64,000 nt of DNA from Lama glama (GCA_028534125.1 CM052816.1:83392001-83456000), one strand, 5' to 3'; counted from the stretch's first letter, positions 25,780 to 38,125 are shown. Made by a program: numbers and translations. The notes: generated by a model not told the origin, from the sequence alone.

Positions 25780-27292
25780 CTATCTATTATCACATGCCAT
25801 TGATTGTAACTTCAAAACACAGAGAGATTCTGACCACATTTTTGCTACTTCTGTTACCAGCATCCTGCCATTGTTTATTACCTGGATTATTGCAATGGCC
25901 AGCAAACAGGTGTCTATGATACTGCATCAGGTACCCTTCAGCATATTCTCAAAATAGCAACTGATGTACTCACCTTAAAAATCAGGTTGTGAGCTTCTTT
26001 TGGGTAAAACTCTTCAATTTATTTTCATTTCACTCATTGTAAAAGCCAGAGTTAATACAAATATTTTACAGGTCCTACATTGTATGGACTCTCCAATTTC
26101 TCTGTGGACTTCTCTCCTTATCCTGGGTCATTTTCTTACTCAGTTTCAGGTGCCTCTTCATTATTACTAAACATGGCAACAGATATGGTTTGCCCTGAAT
26201 CTTCTGGATAACTTTGGTCAGATACCATCTTCCCCATGAGGCTTACAAATCATTTACACTCTCCCTTCCTCATATGTTGGAAATATCATCTGCCTCAGAG
26301 TACTGCCAAGAGTAATAGCGAGATAAAATACAATGTTTAGCATACTGTCAAACAGTCAATACACGATTTCTATTAAATATAAACAATTTAACATATTTTT
26401 TGCTAGAAATAGTGAAGATCGAATAGGAATGAAGATCACAAAACAAGCCAGAAAAAAATGAAGAAAAATCTAGATGATATCCTTACAACACTCTAACCCA
26501 AGGAGCGAAACCTGCGTATGGTGGAGAGAACACCCCTTGTCTACAGCTTGCTTCTGAAGAGTGATGGCATTTAGTAACTAACTTTTCTTAAACAGAGGAT
26601 TTGAATATATTACAAAATTGTTCTCCAAGCTTGTGTCTCTGCAATAACCTCTTACCATGTGTTTTTACCTACCATTATCTCTCCAGTATATTACAGACCG
26701 AAGCCAGAATAATTTGTTAAAGCCAAACCAAACAAAACTAGATATTGTCTCGTTCTATCCCCAAAGACATTCATCTTCTAAACGCAATCAAGACTGAATG
26801 CACAATTCTAACTTTTATTATATTATAACATCTATGTGATTTTGGTCCTCACTTATCAGTTTACCATTTCCCAGGCAGTGTCACCCATGGTTCAGTTTTG
26901 TCTGGCAACACAAGTTGAATTCAAAATTTGCTAAGGTCTTCCTTGCCTACAGCCATCACTGATGTTGAGTCTTCTGCCTCAATCATTTTTAATCAGTCTT
27001 TTCAAAATGGCTGACTCCTCCTTTTTTCAGTCTCTACTTAAATGTTGCTTCTCAGAGAAACCCTTATTTGAATTAGTTCCTGCTTTCAACCCATTATTCC
27101 CTACTAGAGTTTCCTGTTTGTGTGTTTACAGTCTTTATAAAAATTTGAATACTTATTTACTTCCTTGGATTATTTAAGTTGCCTATTCTCTACTAGATTG
27201 TACAAAAGCATGGCCCATGCCTGCTCTCTCTATTGTTCTTCTAATGCCTTGCTGCCAGGGATATTCTCAGTAAACATATGAATAAATGAGTT
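25780..27292 (+). mobile_element. L2 fragments with MIR remnants
   Basis: cctggattattgcaatggcc..; ggctgactcctcc..tcagtctctacttaaatgt..cttctcagagaaaccctt; ctactagattgta...ctcagtaaacatatgaataaatga. Confidence 0.6.
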
Positions 27293-27678
27293 ATTCACAT
27301 ACTCTATCCCAGTGCCTGTTTTAGATAACCTCACACGGGGATGTATATGACCTACTTAGGGCCTTTCAGTGACAGGTGATTTTCTTTATACTGTGTATAA
27401 GAAGAGACCCAACAACTGATACCTGTGGTCTCATTTCCAGGAGATGATTCTCTTGAAACTAAACTACTGTACTTATCAAAGAGAACAAAACCCTTCCGTT
27501 GATTTCTGCCATACATTTTTACTTTATCATTTCTATTTTGTCTAAAAATCTCCCCTTAAAAAGCAGATTGAAAGGCTTATTTACATTAATGTGATCTGTT
27601 TAGTGTTTTGCTATTTTAAAAAATAGCTTCTATGAGCATATATTCTTATACATATGGGTCAGAATTTCTCTAGGATAT

Positions 27679-28007
27679 TGTCACAGTCAGTTCAGGATGC
27701 TAAAACAAAGTTTCACAGATTCAGTGGCTTATAAACAACAGAAATTTATTTCTCATAGTTCTAGAATCTAGTAGTCTGAGATAAACTTGAGTATGATGAT
27801 AACCATCTTCCAGGTTGCAAACTTTCAACTCCTCCTTGTACCTTAACTTGACGGGGAGTAGGAAATCTCTCTGGCATCTCTTTTATAAGGGTACTAATCC
27901 CATTCGTAATCACGTCCCAAAGGCCCCACCTCCTAAAACCATTGTCTTTGGAGTTAAGATTTCAATATATGAGTTTTGGGAGGACAGAAAATGTTCGTAT
28001 CATTACA
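27679..28007 (-). mobile_element. MaLR LTR (MLT1A/MLT1A0-like)
   Basis: TG...CA ends; perfect TSD GATAT (27674-78, 28008-12); gtggcttataaacaacagaaatttatttctcatagttct, ttttataagggtactaatcccatt, cccaaaggccccacctcctaa. Confidence 0.92.
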
Positions 28008-28044
28008 GATATACATATAGGAATGTAATTTCAACATCATAGGA

Positions 28045-28540
28045 TACCCTGGATGCCTCTTACACCGCTGCAAATCCTCTCAGCTTCAACCCTTGCTCAG
28101 CCATGGCCTTATTTACCATTTTTGTGTAGATTTTGTTCAGCTTCATAAAGATGCAACAGGTAGTACCAGTCTTCAGGCTCTGGGAGCATTTCACTTTCTG
28201 CTTTGGAACTTCTTGAACAATGATGTGTGGACTGCTGGAGGAAATTTGTTTGTGCTCACGTATACTCCATGTAGACATATTGATGAGTTAACATCCATGT
28301 GGCAGCCCCTGAATAATGGAACACCTAGAGCTAATGAATAAATATTTCCCCTTTGTTTCACTTCAGCGGTGAATGGTCCTAGAGTATCCAATTACCTAAC
28401 TTGATAATGTATTCTAGATTGCATGCTCTCTTTCCCTGGTTCATTCATCCTATTCCCCATTCCTCCTCTACAATTACATTCCTAAATAAATTTCTCACAC
28501 AGTCTGTGCTCTGCGTGGGAGGGAGGGGGTGATTCCAGGA
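28045..28540 (+). mobile_element. ERVL LTR (LTR16-like)
   Basis: ggcagcccctgaataatg..aatgaataaatatttcccc..ttgataatg..cctaaataaa..tgctctgc. Confidence 0.65.
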
Positions 28541-28669
28541 TAACAGATCATATGTACATCTTTGTTTTCCTCTAAATTGATTGTACTGATTTACACTCTT
28601 ACAAGAAGTTGCTAAATTTCTCTCTTGCAACTAAGATGTGGGCACATGATTCTCAAATTAATAACTGAT

Positions 28670-29470
28670 CTCTCCTCTCTGAAACCTCAGCTTTGCAACT
28701 GCCCTGAATGTCAGATATACATCTCAGACTTAACAAGTAAAAGTATCCTCCCAAATCTGCTTCTATTCCAGTGATTTTTCACTTAGTAATTTGTTCCATC
28801 ATTACCCCATTTACACCATCATTTACACAACTCTAATCAATTAGAAAATGTATTTTACTTCACCTTTAGATAGACTGCAAATCTATCATCTCATATGTGA
28901 TCACTAAAATACCTTTTTTGTACATCTATGTCCTTCCATTATCTATTCTTCCTCCAGTCTCTTTTCCAGAAAGCAACCTAAGTCATCTTTCATAGCATAA
29001 TTCAGATTGTAGTCTCATTTCTCCAAAGTATTCTTGTCACACTTCTACAAAAGCCAAAGATCTAACCTGGCCCCTAGCTGCTTCACTGTCCTTGTCTCTT
29101 ACCACCATCTGCCTTGATCACTCTGCCCTATGTCACCATCTTGCTTTCCTTGGTACAGGGCCTTTATACTTAGTGCTTCATTTGTGGGGAACACACTGCT
29201 ACAAGATAATTCTTCTTTAGAGTGACTTTCTAATCAACCAATAACTAATTCATTGTCATTTCAACCAGATTAGACTATGCAACAATTATCAATAACCTGC
29301 TATCATACACTAAACATTTAACTTATTTTTCTAATTGTTTATTGTCTAACTGCAAACTTTCAGATAGAATAAAGGTGCTTTGTCTATTCTGGTTAAGAGT
29401 GAAGGCCCAGATTTAGCTAAAGGTCAGGAACATATATGGTCCCTAGTTAATAGTTATTTGAGGATTGAGT
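28670..29470 (+). mobile_element. L2 3' region
   Basis: catctcagacttaaca..ccaaatctgcttc..cagggcctttatact..aatagttatttgaggattgagt. Confidence 0.6.
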
Positions 29471-30384
29471 AAAAAAAACTCTTATAACCTTGGGATCCAT
29501 TCTTGTTATGACAATGAATGTTGTTAGGAATGCCAAGCCAACAGCTCCTACTAGGTCAGCCAAGTTATCCTGAATGGGGAGTACAGTTACTTAAATGTGA
29601 GTACTAGGGAGAATGATTGGCAAAGGTTTCCATCTTACTTAGAAATAAATAAAAAATAAAGGCATTAATAAAAATACTTTCTGCAGTTTTATCATTGGAA
29701 TAAAACTTCCAATGGTTGCGTCTAACAATCAGAAATGAGACCGAAACCACGTAGCAGTTTTGCCACTTGAACAACTCCAGTGATTCTACTAAGCAGCCCA
29801 ACTACCATTAAGCTACAAGGAAGTGCTAGTTGGGTACATCTGTCCAGAATAAAACCTGTAACTTATAAGCCCCAACAGGAACCAGGAAAAACCTATACTT
29901 GCGAGGCAATACAAGACCTCAGGTACCTGTTTAAGAAAAACAACACCATGTAGCGATGATTACAACGGTTCATAATTGTTTAAATATATCCAATTAAAGC
30001 TCCTAAAATAAGTATTTTAATATACAATGGGAAAGTATTATGTTTTCAGTAAAAGACTTTCATTAAAAAAATACAAAAATTTCATGGATAATCAGGATTT
30101 TAAATATTTAACAAATGCTAAAAGTTCTTTGTAGCTCCACCTAACTTTGTGATGCTTAAAAAAAATAAACCTGAGACATCTTAGATATTAAGTTAACCAG
30201 GATTATTTAATATGTTAAGTTAAATATAATCACTCATAATTCTAGTAATTACAAACAAGTCTATTTGTCAATTGCAGATGTTTAACCGTGACTTTTAAGT
30301 CTTTCTGTCATTACAGACTGTCAAACTATTGTTACAAAATGCTTCATCTTTAAGAAAATTCATCAGAAGTCAATGAAAACAGTG

Positions 30385-30627
30385 GGTTACAGCAGCTCCA
30401 CGTCAGATGATGGCTATGTGAGGATTCCAGCCTATACCCTCAGCCCTTGGCTGTAAAAACAAAAGGCTGTCCTGCCCCTGGGGCCCCTAGATTAGACATT
30501 CAGAGATTTTTACTCCCCGATAGGCAGGGTCAATGCCCCTGCTCAGCCTGGAAGCAGTTTCAGAAGACTGACCTTCGCCCCTCTGCAACCCCATAAGATT
30601 ATGGGAGTAAAATCCCTGAGGGGGGAA
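30385..30627 (+). mobile_element. ERV1 internal 3' end: env cytoplasmic-tail remnant, 3'UTR and polypurine tract
   Basis: From 30387 reads LQQLHV(frameshift)MMAM*GFQPIPS, resembling a class I env tail; gcccctgctcagcctggaagcag..tcgcccc motif; PPT GAGGGGGGAA at 30618-27 abuts the LTR. Confidence 0.75.
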
Positions 30628-31253
30628 TGAGACAGGAAGAGGTCAGGGCACAGCCATTCAAGGAAAGATACAGTAATTAACATCAAAATGGTGGAAGATT
30701 CAATCCCCAGTAGGCCTTGAGGCTCAAGATGGTGGGAGATTTGACTTCTAGCAGATCTTGAGCTTCATTATATGCCCATTGTAATATATTAAATGGTAAA
30801 TAACATGCCCACAGGCACCATGGCTGTCCCAAGGCTAGCTGCAAAAGGTCAAAGAGTGGGAAATGGCCAACTTCCTGGGAATCCCAGCCCCTTCCCCAGA
30901 CTAGTTAGACTGGTCCTTTCACTTATTAGCATATGAAGCCACTGAGCCCACAAAAACTGGCAACACAGAGCCTCGCTGATGCTGCCCTCTCTCCCCTTCT
31001 GCCACGCTCTGTCTATGGAGTATGTACCTACTTTTACTCTAATCTGAGCACCCAACCCTCACACCTCATGGCCTTTCTCTTGTCTTTCGATGTATCTCTC
31101 TAAATAAATCTACATTTACTCAATTGTGGCTGGCTCTTGAATTCTTTCTTGCATGAAGCCAAGGAGCTACACTTGGCGGGGCACGTCCCAGGGGCTCAAC
31201 CGAAGCCTGGGACACGGTCCTTCTCACACCCCACATCCATTTTTCCTGCATCA
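30628..31253 (+). mobile_element. MER41-like ERV1 LTR (626 bp)
   Basis: TGAGACAGG...TTTCCTGCATCA; cccacaggcaccatg, attagcata, gctctgtctatggagta, aataaa, ttgaattctttcttgcatgaagccaag are MER41-type motifs. Confidence 0.88.
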
Positions 31254-32419
31254 TATCTTTGGCGCCAATTCCTCCAGCTCCTCCAGTTCCTTCTCTGACT
31301 CAGAGTCCCAGTGTGAGTGAGTATGGGTCTGCAGATGATGGGATGATAAACTGCAGGAAGAGAAGCATGGGAAATGGGAACCACCTCCCAGGATGACTAT
31401 GTGAGCCAAGGGCACAACTTCTCCCGGTCACCAAGCACAGCTATTTCCTGTGTAGAAGGACCTGCCAGGGGCAAGGCGAGAGCAGTGCAGCTTGTTGGAT
31501 CTTGCAGACAAAAGGTGGGCTGATGAAAGCCATGAAATGAGGGGGTTTTTCTGGAATATGAAACAATTTACACAGCATTTACTATAGTAGCTTTTTTCTC
31601 TGCTACAGATGCAAATTAACATGGCTTGTTTTGCGCATAAAGGCAAGAACCTATGTGGGTGGTGCCAAGGAAACCCTTTATATTATTTAATATAAATTAA
31701 ATTTATTTTAAAATTATCAGGCATATACACATAACCTTATATCTGCAGACACCTGACTGTGATAATTAGGGAGGTAATTTATACTTATTGAGAAATAATA
31801 AGATCTATTGTAAAACATACACATTGTAAATCATTTATAAGTGGTGACATTAATGAACATATTTTTTGCTTTCTGAATGCCTCAACTTGTTTTTATTTTT
31901 CTACTACTGCAAACTCAATTTCCAGAATAGAGAAAAAGAGAATTATCAGTGAGTGGCACTCAAATCTTGAACACAGGTGTGGCCATTGTAACCAAATCTT
32001 AATTATCAAAAATCTATATTGTCAATGAAATTACACTTGGTAAAGGATTTGCATTAAAAATGAACTAAAAAGTGATAAATTGTGCAAGCCCTTATTGCAC
32101 TTAAAATTAAAATTTAAAAATTTTAGGTTGCACATTTTAAAATACTCATCTATTTTATACAATAAAGTATATTCTATGGACAAATACACATGTATATAAT
32201 TTAGGTCTGTGTTTCAGCATTTTGCTATTAATAAAAATGAATATTTATTGACAATCCCTTTTTAAGTACCTTTTTCATTTCACATTATGAATCTTTTGAT
32301 ATCTTTTTCAGAAGCAAAATAGTTTTCCTTATTTATTTAATTTATATTTGAATCGTATCTGAGTCAGACCAAATGGTGAAGATACATATCTCACAATAAG
32401 TACAGCCAATAAATACTCA

Positions 32420-33050
32420 ATGCATTCTTGTTTGAGAATATAAGGGCTATTTGTAAAAGCAGAACTGTATTGGGCCAAAAAAGTATCAACACATTTTATT
32501 AGTTTGGCAAACACCAAATGTCTGACAATACCAGATACCAACAATGATATGGAATATCATTCATATAAATCAATACAACCACTGTATTATACAGTCATAT
32601 AGCTAAAAATGTACATATTCTTCAAGGGAGCAATTTCATTCCTAGCTATACATCCACCTGAATACATGTATAATAATATCCATCAAAGAACTACTAACAA
32701 CAGCAAAATTTGGGGACAAATACAGCTGTAACAATAAAATTGGTAACTGAAGACGGTTCATACAGTGGGATAATATACAACAAAATATGTAAACAAATAT
32801 AAAGTCCACTACCAAATAAAACCCCACCATGTTTCTGTATGGAAACTTAGATAATGAAACTATACAGAATTGCAAGAAAAAGATTACCACGAGAGCTGGG
32901 GTAAAAGTTACACAGAAAGAGGCACATAAAAAGGATTTGTGGCTGGGGAAGAACAATTATAGTTTATTACATTATTGAAAATCTTCTACTAGTGGTCATG
33001 TGTAGTGACTACATGAATTTTTTCTACATCATTTATTTCAATTTAAGGAT
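32420..33050 (+). mobile_element. Old L1M 3' fragment
   Basis: tctgacaatacca..; agcaatttcattcctag..; catacagtgggataatatacaac. Confidence 0.55.
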
Positions 33051-33176
33051 AATGAAAAATTCTAATGATCTATTCAAGTGATATTTAGTGTAATCAATAA
33101 TCACATATTATCATCCCAAACAAGTTAATATAAATTTAAATAGCTGTTGAAATCCAATACAGGTCTTAAGCCCAGT

Positions 33177-33676
33177 NNNNNNNNNNNNNNNNNNNNNNNN
33201 NNNNNNNNNNNNNNNNNNNNNNNNNNNNNNNNNNNNNNNNNNNNNNNNNNNNNNNNNNNNNNNNNNNNNNNNNNNNNNNNNNNNNNNNNNNNNNNNNNNN
33301 NNNNNNNNNNNNNNNNNNNNNNNNNNNNNNNNNNNNNNNNNNNNNNNNNNNNNNNNNNNNNNNNNNNNNNNNNNNNNNNNNNNNNNNNNNNNNNNNNNNN
33401 NNNNNNNNNNNNNNNNNNNNNNNNNNNNNNNNNNNNNNNNNNNNNNNNNNNNNNNNNNNNNNNNNNNNNNNNNNNNNNNNNNNNNNNNNNNNNNNNNNNN
33501 NNNNNNNNNNNNNNNNNNNNNNNNNNNNNNNNNNNNNNNNNNNNNNNNNNNNNNNNNNNNNNNNNNNNNNNNNNNNNNNNNNNNNNNNNNNNNNNNNNNN
33601 NNNNNNNNNNNNNNNNNNNNNNNNNNNNNNNNNNNNNNNNNNNNNNNNNNNNNNNNNNNNNNNNNNNNNNNNNNNN
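33177..33676. other. Assembly gap, exactly 500 N
   Basis: Direct inspection. Confidence 0.99.
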
Positions 33677-34124
33677 ATTGCCAGATTTTGAGAGGAAATT
33701 CAACTTCGGTGTTCTGGAATTTTAAAGATGGGGAAGGAAAGATGAATCCTAGAGCAGACCAGTCTCTGTGGGAAGGAACAGAAAAGAGAGGGGTGTACCA
33801 CTGAGGTTTGAGAGTAATGAATTCTCCTGAAAGACACCAGAAACTTGCTAAGAGGGGGAGTAAGGATAAGAACTGGGGTTTTTCTCCAAAGGACTCAGAC
33901 ACAAGTGTTTTTTTTTCCTTCTTATTTTTGCCTTTGCATGTTTATGAGGACATTTGTATTTTAATATAAAGATATAGATATTTAATTTTCCTGTTGTTTC
34001 TGCTTTTTTTTTTCTTAATTACCTTCAACTGTTCACAGATGTTTGATAACCCTGTGCTTCCCTATTAGACTTAAGGGATGGAATAATGGGAAAGACTGAT
34101 TCTCCCACAATCTCTCCCTCCCTA

Positions 34125-34805
34125 TGTTAAGAAAAGTAGGTCTTCCATCTGCATTTCTATTTTAATTTCACACTACTACCACACTCCCATCACTTCTGAC
34201 AAGAAATGTGTGGAGGTTTTCTTTTACCAAGCAATCCTTTCCAACACTGGTGTCAATTCTGACACTGTCTACTGTGGAGATAGCATAAAACCCCATGGGT
34301 TAAGGGCTCAGCACCATAAGACTGCTCCCACCCCACTTCAGGTGCCAGTCACTCTAGTCCAAGTTGTCAGCTATGCTTCTGACCAACTGGCTACAAGTAT
34401 GAGGTTCTTATGACCACTCCACCCACTCAGGTTTGATTAATTTGCTAGAGTGGCTCACAGAATTCAGGAAAATAGTTACTTCTATTTACCAGTTTATTAA
34501 AGGATATGATAAAGGATACAGAAGAACAGCTAGATGAAGAGATACACAGGGTGAGGTCTGGGAGTGTCCTGAGCTCAGGACTGTCCCCAGGGAGTTGGGG
34601 TAATGGCCCTCTCAATATGTGTGTTCATCAACCTGGAAGCTCTCAGAACCTTGTACTTCAGGGATTTTTATGGAGGTGTCATCACGTAGGCATGGTGGAT
34701 CATAAACTCAGTTTCCAGCCCTTGTTCCCTCTTCAGAAAATGGGAGTTGGGGCTGGAAATTCCAAGCTTCTTACCATACCTTGGCCTTTCTGGTGAACAG
34801 TCCCC
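34125..34805 (-). mobile_element. MER21-family LTR, missing its 5' part
   Basis: cacttctgac..aattctgacactgtctac..ggttaagggctcag..tcaggtttgattaatttgctagagtggctcacagaa..gatgaagagatacacagggtgaggtctgg..aacctggaagctctc. Confidence 0.88.
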
Positions 34806-35132
34806 GGCACTAAGCTGGTGTGACAACTGACTAGATCAGCTCACTAACAAAATCCCCTGAAGTCCAGGCCTTGTGGCAGCACACCTGAGAAAAACGTTAA
34901 ATTTAACATTTTGCCTGGATCACTCTCCCCAACTGGATCAGTGCAGGAGAAAGAAGCAGAGGAGTAGAGTACCAGATGTCCTATCTCAAGACATTAGATG
35001 TTTCCCATTTAGAACCGATACCCCTGGCAGTTGCTCCCCAAACAGGAGACCTGTCTAACTGGAGCGGAGAGGAATAAGGGTTGCAGTAAGAGTGCAGACG
35101 TTCACAGGGAAACCCGTTCTCATGATACCAGA
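34806..35132 (-). mobile_element. Probable ERV 5' leader fragment
   Basis: GC-richer block whose minus strand starts tggtatcatgagaacggg, PBS-like after CpG decay. Confidence 0.35.
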
Positions 35133-35449
35133 AATTGAAAAATATCATTTCCTTCTAAACAAAAAAGTAGAAGCATGAAAACATTCACAGGCAAATATAA
35201 TCATTAATAAACACAAAACTCTAAGCAATCAGAGAGACCACACTCTTACTTTTTAATTTATGCATTTCTTCCTGAACCCTAAATATGTAAATATGAGATA
35301 ATATGTAAATAACTACAGGCAACATAGAAGAGTTGTAGGTTCTTTCATTTGAATAAGTGGAGGTTATTGTCAAAATACAGTGAATAAAAACAATAATAAA
35401 AATGGTTATACCAAAAGAGTGGCTTAGAATGATTTAACATTTACATATA

Positions 35450-35781
35450 CATCTTATTCTTGAACAATCTGGATTTAAATTGCACAGGTCCACTTATACA
35501 CAAATGAGGATTTTTTTTCAATAAATATAGTACCTATATTTTCATTTAATGATCTTTAAATTAAGTATGAGGAAAAGTTTGTGTTCATATGAGAACACAA
35601 TATGTGGAATCAAAAGAACTAGGGTTTGAATCCTGATTATAGCCAGACTGTTTGAACTTACTGCCTTTGAATGAGACATTTATTAATTCCTTTGTTTTGG
35701 GGTCAGAGATAACAGTACATGGAATTTCGACTGTGTGGAAGGTCAGAGCTCCAAACTCCCATGTTGCTCAAGGGTCAATCA
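35450..35781 (+). mobile_element. Tigger2a_Art-like TcMar MITE
   Basis: Decayed TIRs cttgaacaa..tgcacaggtccacttatac and tttcgactgtgtgg..tgttgctcaagggtcaa; TA on the left. Confidence 0.8.
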
Positions 35782-35790
35782 CATATATAT

Positions 35791-35842
<52 letters not shown>
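35782..35842. repeat. (TA)n/(CA)n microsatellite
   Basis: Direct inspection; it adjoins the MITE's right end. Confidence 0.9.
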
Positions 35843-35843
<1 letters not shown>

Positions 35844-36744
35844 GTTTACTCTTATTCAAAATAAATTAAAACTTATCAGAGATAAAAAGTCAAATTCATC
35901 TTTAGCAGAATAAACTGTATTTAGTAGAGAATAAGTTATTAGTAAACATTTTATTGAAGAAAAGTACTCTGACTATGGACCAGCTGTAGATAAGGCACAG
36001 ACAGTTATTTATAATATATTTGAAAGGTGGCATTTTTTACCTTCAATGTAAGCAGACATTATACTTTCTTTACCTCAAAGCAAAAAACAGAGTAAAACTT
36101 AAAGGGAGAAAAAAAAAATCTCAAAAAATGCTACACTAGTCATTTGCTGAGTATGTTTCAATAAGCACAAAATAGTTCACATAAAATAGCTAAATTTTTA
36201 AAAAGATACAATGTTACTAAGCTTGGAATGAATGCCTATTTACTTTTCTGTATAAATAAAGAGTATCAAAGCAAGTGAAACATCATCCATTTCATGATCA
36301 AATGAAAATATTTGGTGTGGAGAAAATGTTTCCCTAACTTTAAGCACTCTAAATTCACCAGCTAGACTTATTTCTATAATCATCTTACTCTGCTTTCTGA
36401 ACACATGGCTCTGCTGCCTAATGGAAAGTAAGTATTTCATCTTGAAGATTGAAATCTAGATTTTTAGTTTAATCATTCACCAGAGAAACATAGTAAATTA
36501 TTACAAAGGCAGAATTATATCTGATGGTGAAGTGTAGAAAGAACTGTACTTTTTGCAGTTGCAGGAATTCACTGTTGTTCAATTTAATAGTAACTTGAAA
36601 TGGTCCATATTTGCAAAGTGTTTTATGGACAGGTTAGGATTTTATTACGTGCAACCCCTAAATTAATTTAAATTTATGAATTAAGAATTTGTCAGTTCAT
36701 ATTTTTGTCTGTCTAGGCATATTTTCAACCCTGGGTCCCATTTT

Positions 36745-38125
36745 AATTTTGTAAAAGCATACAGAGATATAATCCACATTTCACAAATTTAACTTTTAAA
36801 ATGTACTAATCAGTGATTTCTAGTATAGTCATAGTGTTATGAGGCAATCATCACTATCTAATTTCAGAATATTTTCAAAGCCTCATAGAGAAGTCTCACA
36901 CCCATGAGCAGTCCTTATGCATCCTCTCACTCTCCCTAGTCCCTGGCAAATATGAGCAAACTTCTGTCTCTAGTAATTTACTTATTTTGACCTCTCATAA
37001 AAAAGAATTCATAAAATATGTTTCTTTTGTGCTGACTTCTTTCACTGAGCCTGCTTTTCTCATGGTTCACCCATTTGTGGATGGTATCAGAACTTTATTC
37101 ATTTGTATTGCTGAATAAATATGCCACATTTTTCTAATCTATTTCTGTTTCCTAATCTATTTCACAGGTGATGGATATTTGGGTTGTTTACACTTTGGGC
37201 TACTATTAAGAATGCTATCATCATTTGTGTGCAATTTTAGCATGGACACATATTTTCAGTTCTCTTGGGTATATACCTAGGAGTAGATTTGCCAGATCAT
37301 ATAGGAACATGTTTAACATTACAGAAATAGCCAAATTGTTTTCCAAAGTGGCTATACCATTTTAAATTCCTATCAGCATTGCATGAGTCTTAATTTCTGT
37401 CATTTTTGCCAAAACTTATTCTGCCTTTTTGCTCCTAGCCATCCTAGCAGATGTGAAGTAATATTTTATAGAGGACTGATTTGCACTTCTTCCAGGTATA
37501 ATGATGAGCATCTTTCCATGTTTATTGTCTATTTTCACACATCTTTTATAAGAATATATGTCCACATTCTTTATCTCTTTTTTCTTAAAATGGGGTTATT
37601 TACTTTTTTATTGTTAAGTTTTAAGAGTTCTTTACATATACTAGATACAGGCCTCTTGCCATATATAAGATTTGGAAATATATACCCCAATTCTGTGAGT
37701 TGTCTTTTTAATTTCTTGATAGTTTTCTTAAAGCAAAAAAGTTTTTTGACTCTGAAAAGGTCCAGTCTGTCCAACAGTTTCTTCTGTGCTTTATTTGTGC
37801 TTTGGATATCATATCCAAAGCAAACATTGTTTAACTCAAGATCATAAAGATTTCCTCATGTTTTCTTCTAAGAGTTGTATTATCGTAGCTCTTACATTTA
37901 TGTATGTGACAGATTTTGAGTTAATTTTTGTACAGGGGATGAGGTAAGGGTTCTTTTTCACTTTTTATATATGGAGACCCAGTGGTACCAGTACTATTTG
38001 TTAAAATGATTATTCTTTTCCCATTAAATTGTCATGACATATTTGTTAAACATTGATCAACTATAAACATAATGATGTGTTTTTAACTTTGAATTGTATT
38101 CAACTGATACATAATTCTATCCCTA
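36745..38125 (-). mobile_element. L1MB-like 3'UTR and ORF2 end
   Basis: aatcatcactatctaatttcagaatatttt; gatggatatttgggttgtttacact; tctcttgggtatatacctaggagt; ttttccaaagtggctataccatttta; ttttcttctaagagtt. Confidence 0.9.

Larger units (their letters stand above)
27590..28630 (-). mobile_element. L1ME-like fragment that hosts two LTR insertions
   Basis: ttttgctatt..ctatgagcat..agaatttctctaggatat | acatataggaatgtaatt | ..aaattgattgtactgatttacactc. Confidence 0.55.

Noticed and set aside
31367..31525. Possible gag start (MGNGNH or MGTTSQ) downstream of the LTR
   Set aside because: Short frames, no MGxxxS myristoylation consensus and no recognisable Gag motifs.
33111..33902. Longest ORFs in the track (263, 192 and 192 aa)
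   Set aside because: Artefacts of reading through the N gap.
37383..37847. 154-aa ORF
   Set aside because: Antisense reading of a decayed L1 ORF2 3' region; no evidence of a gene.
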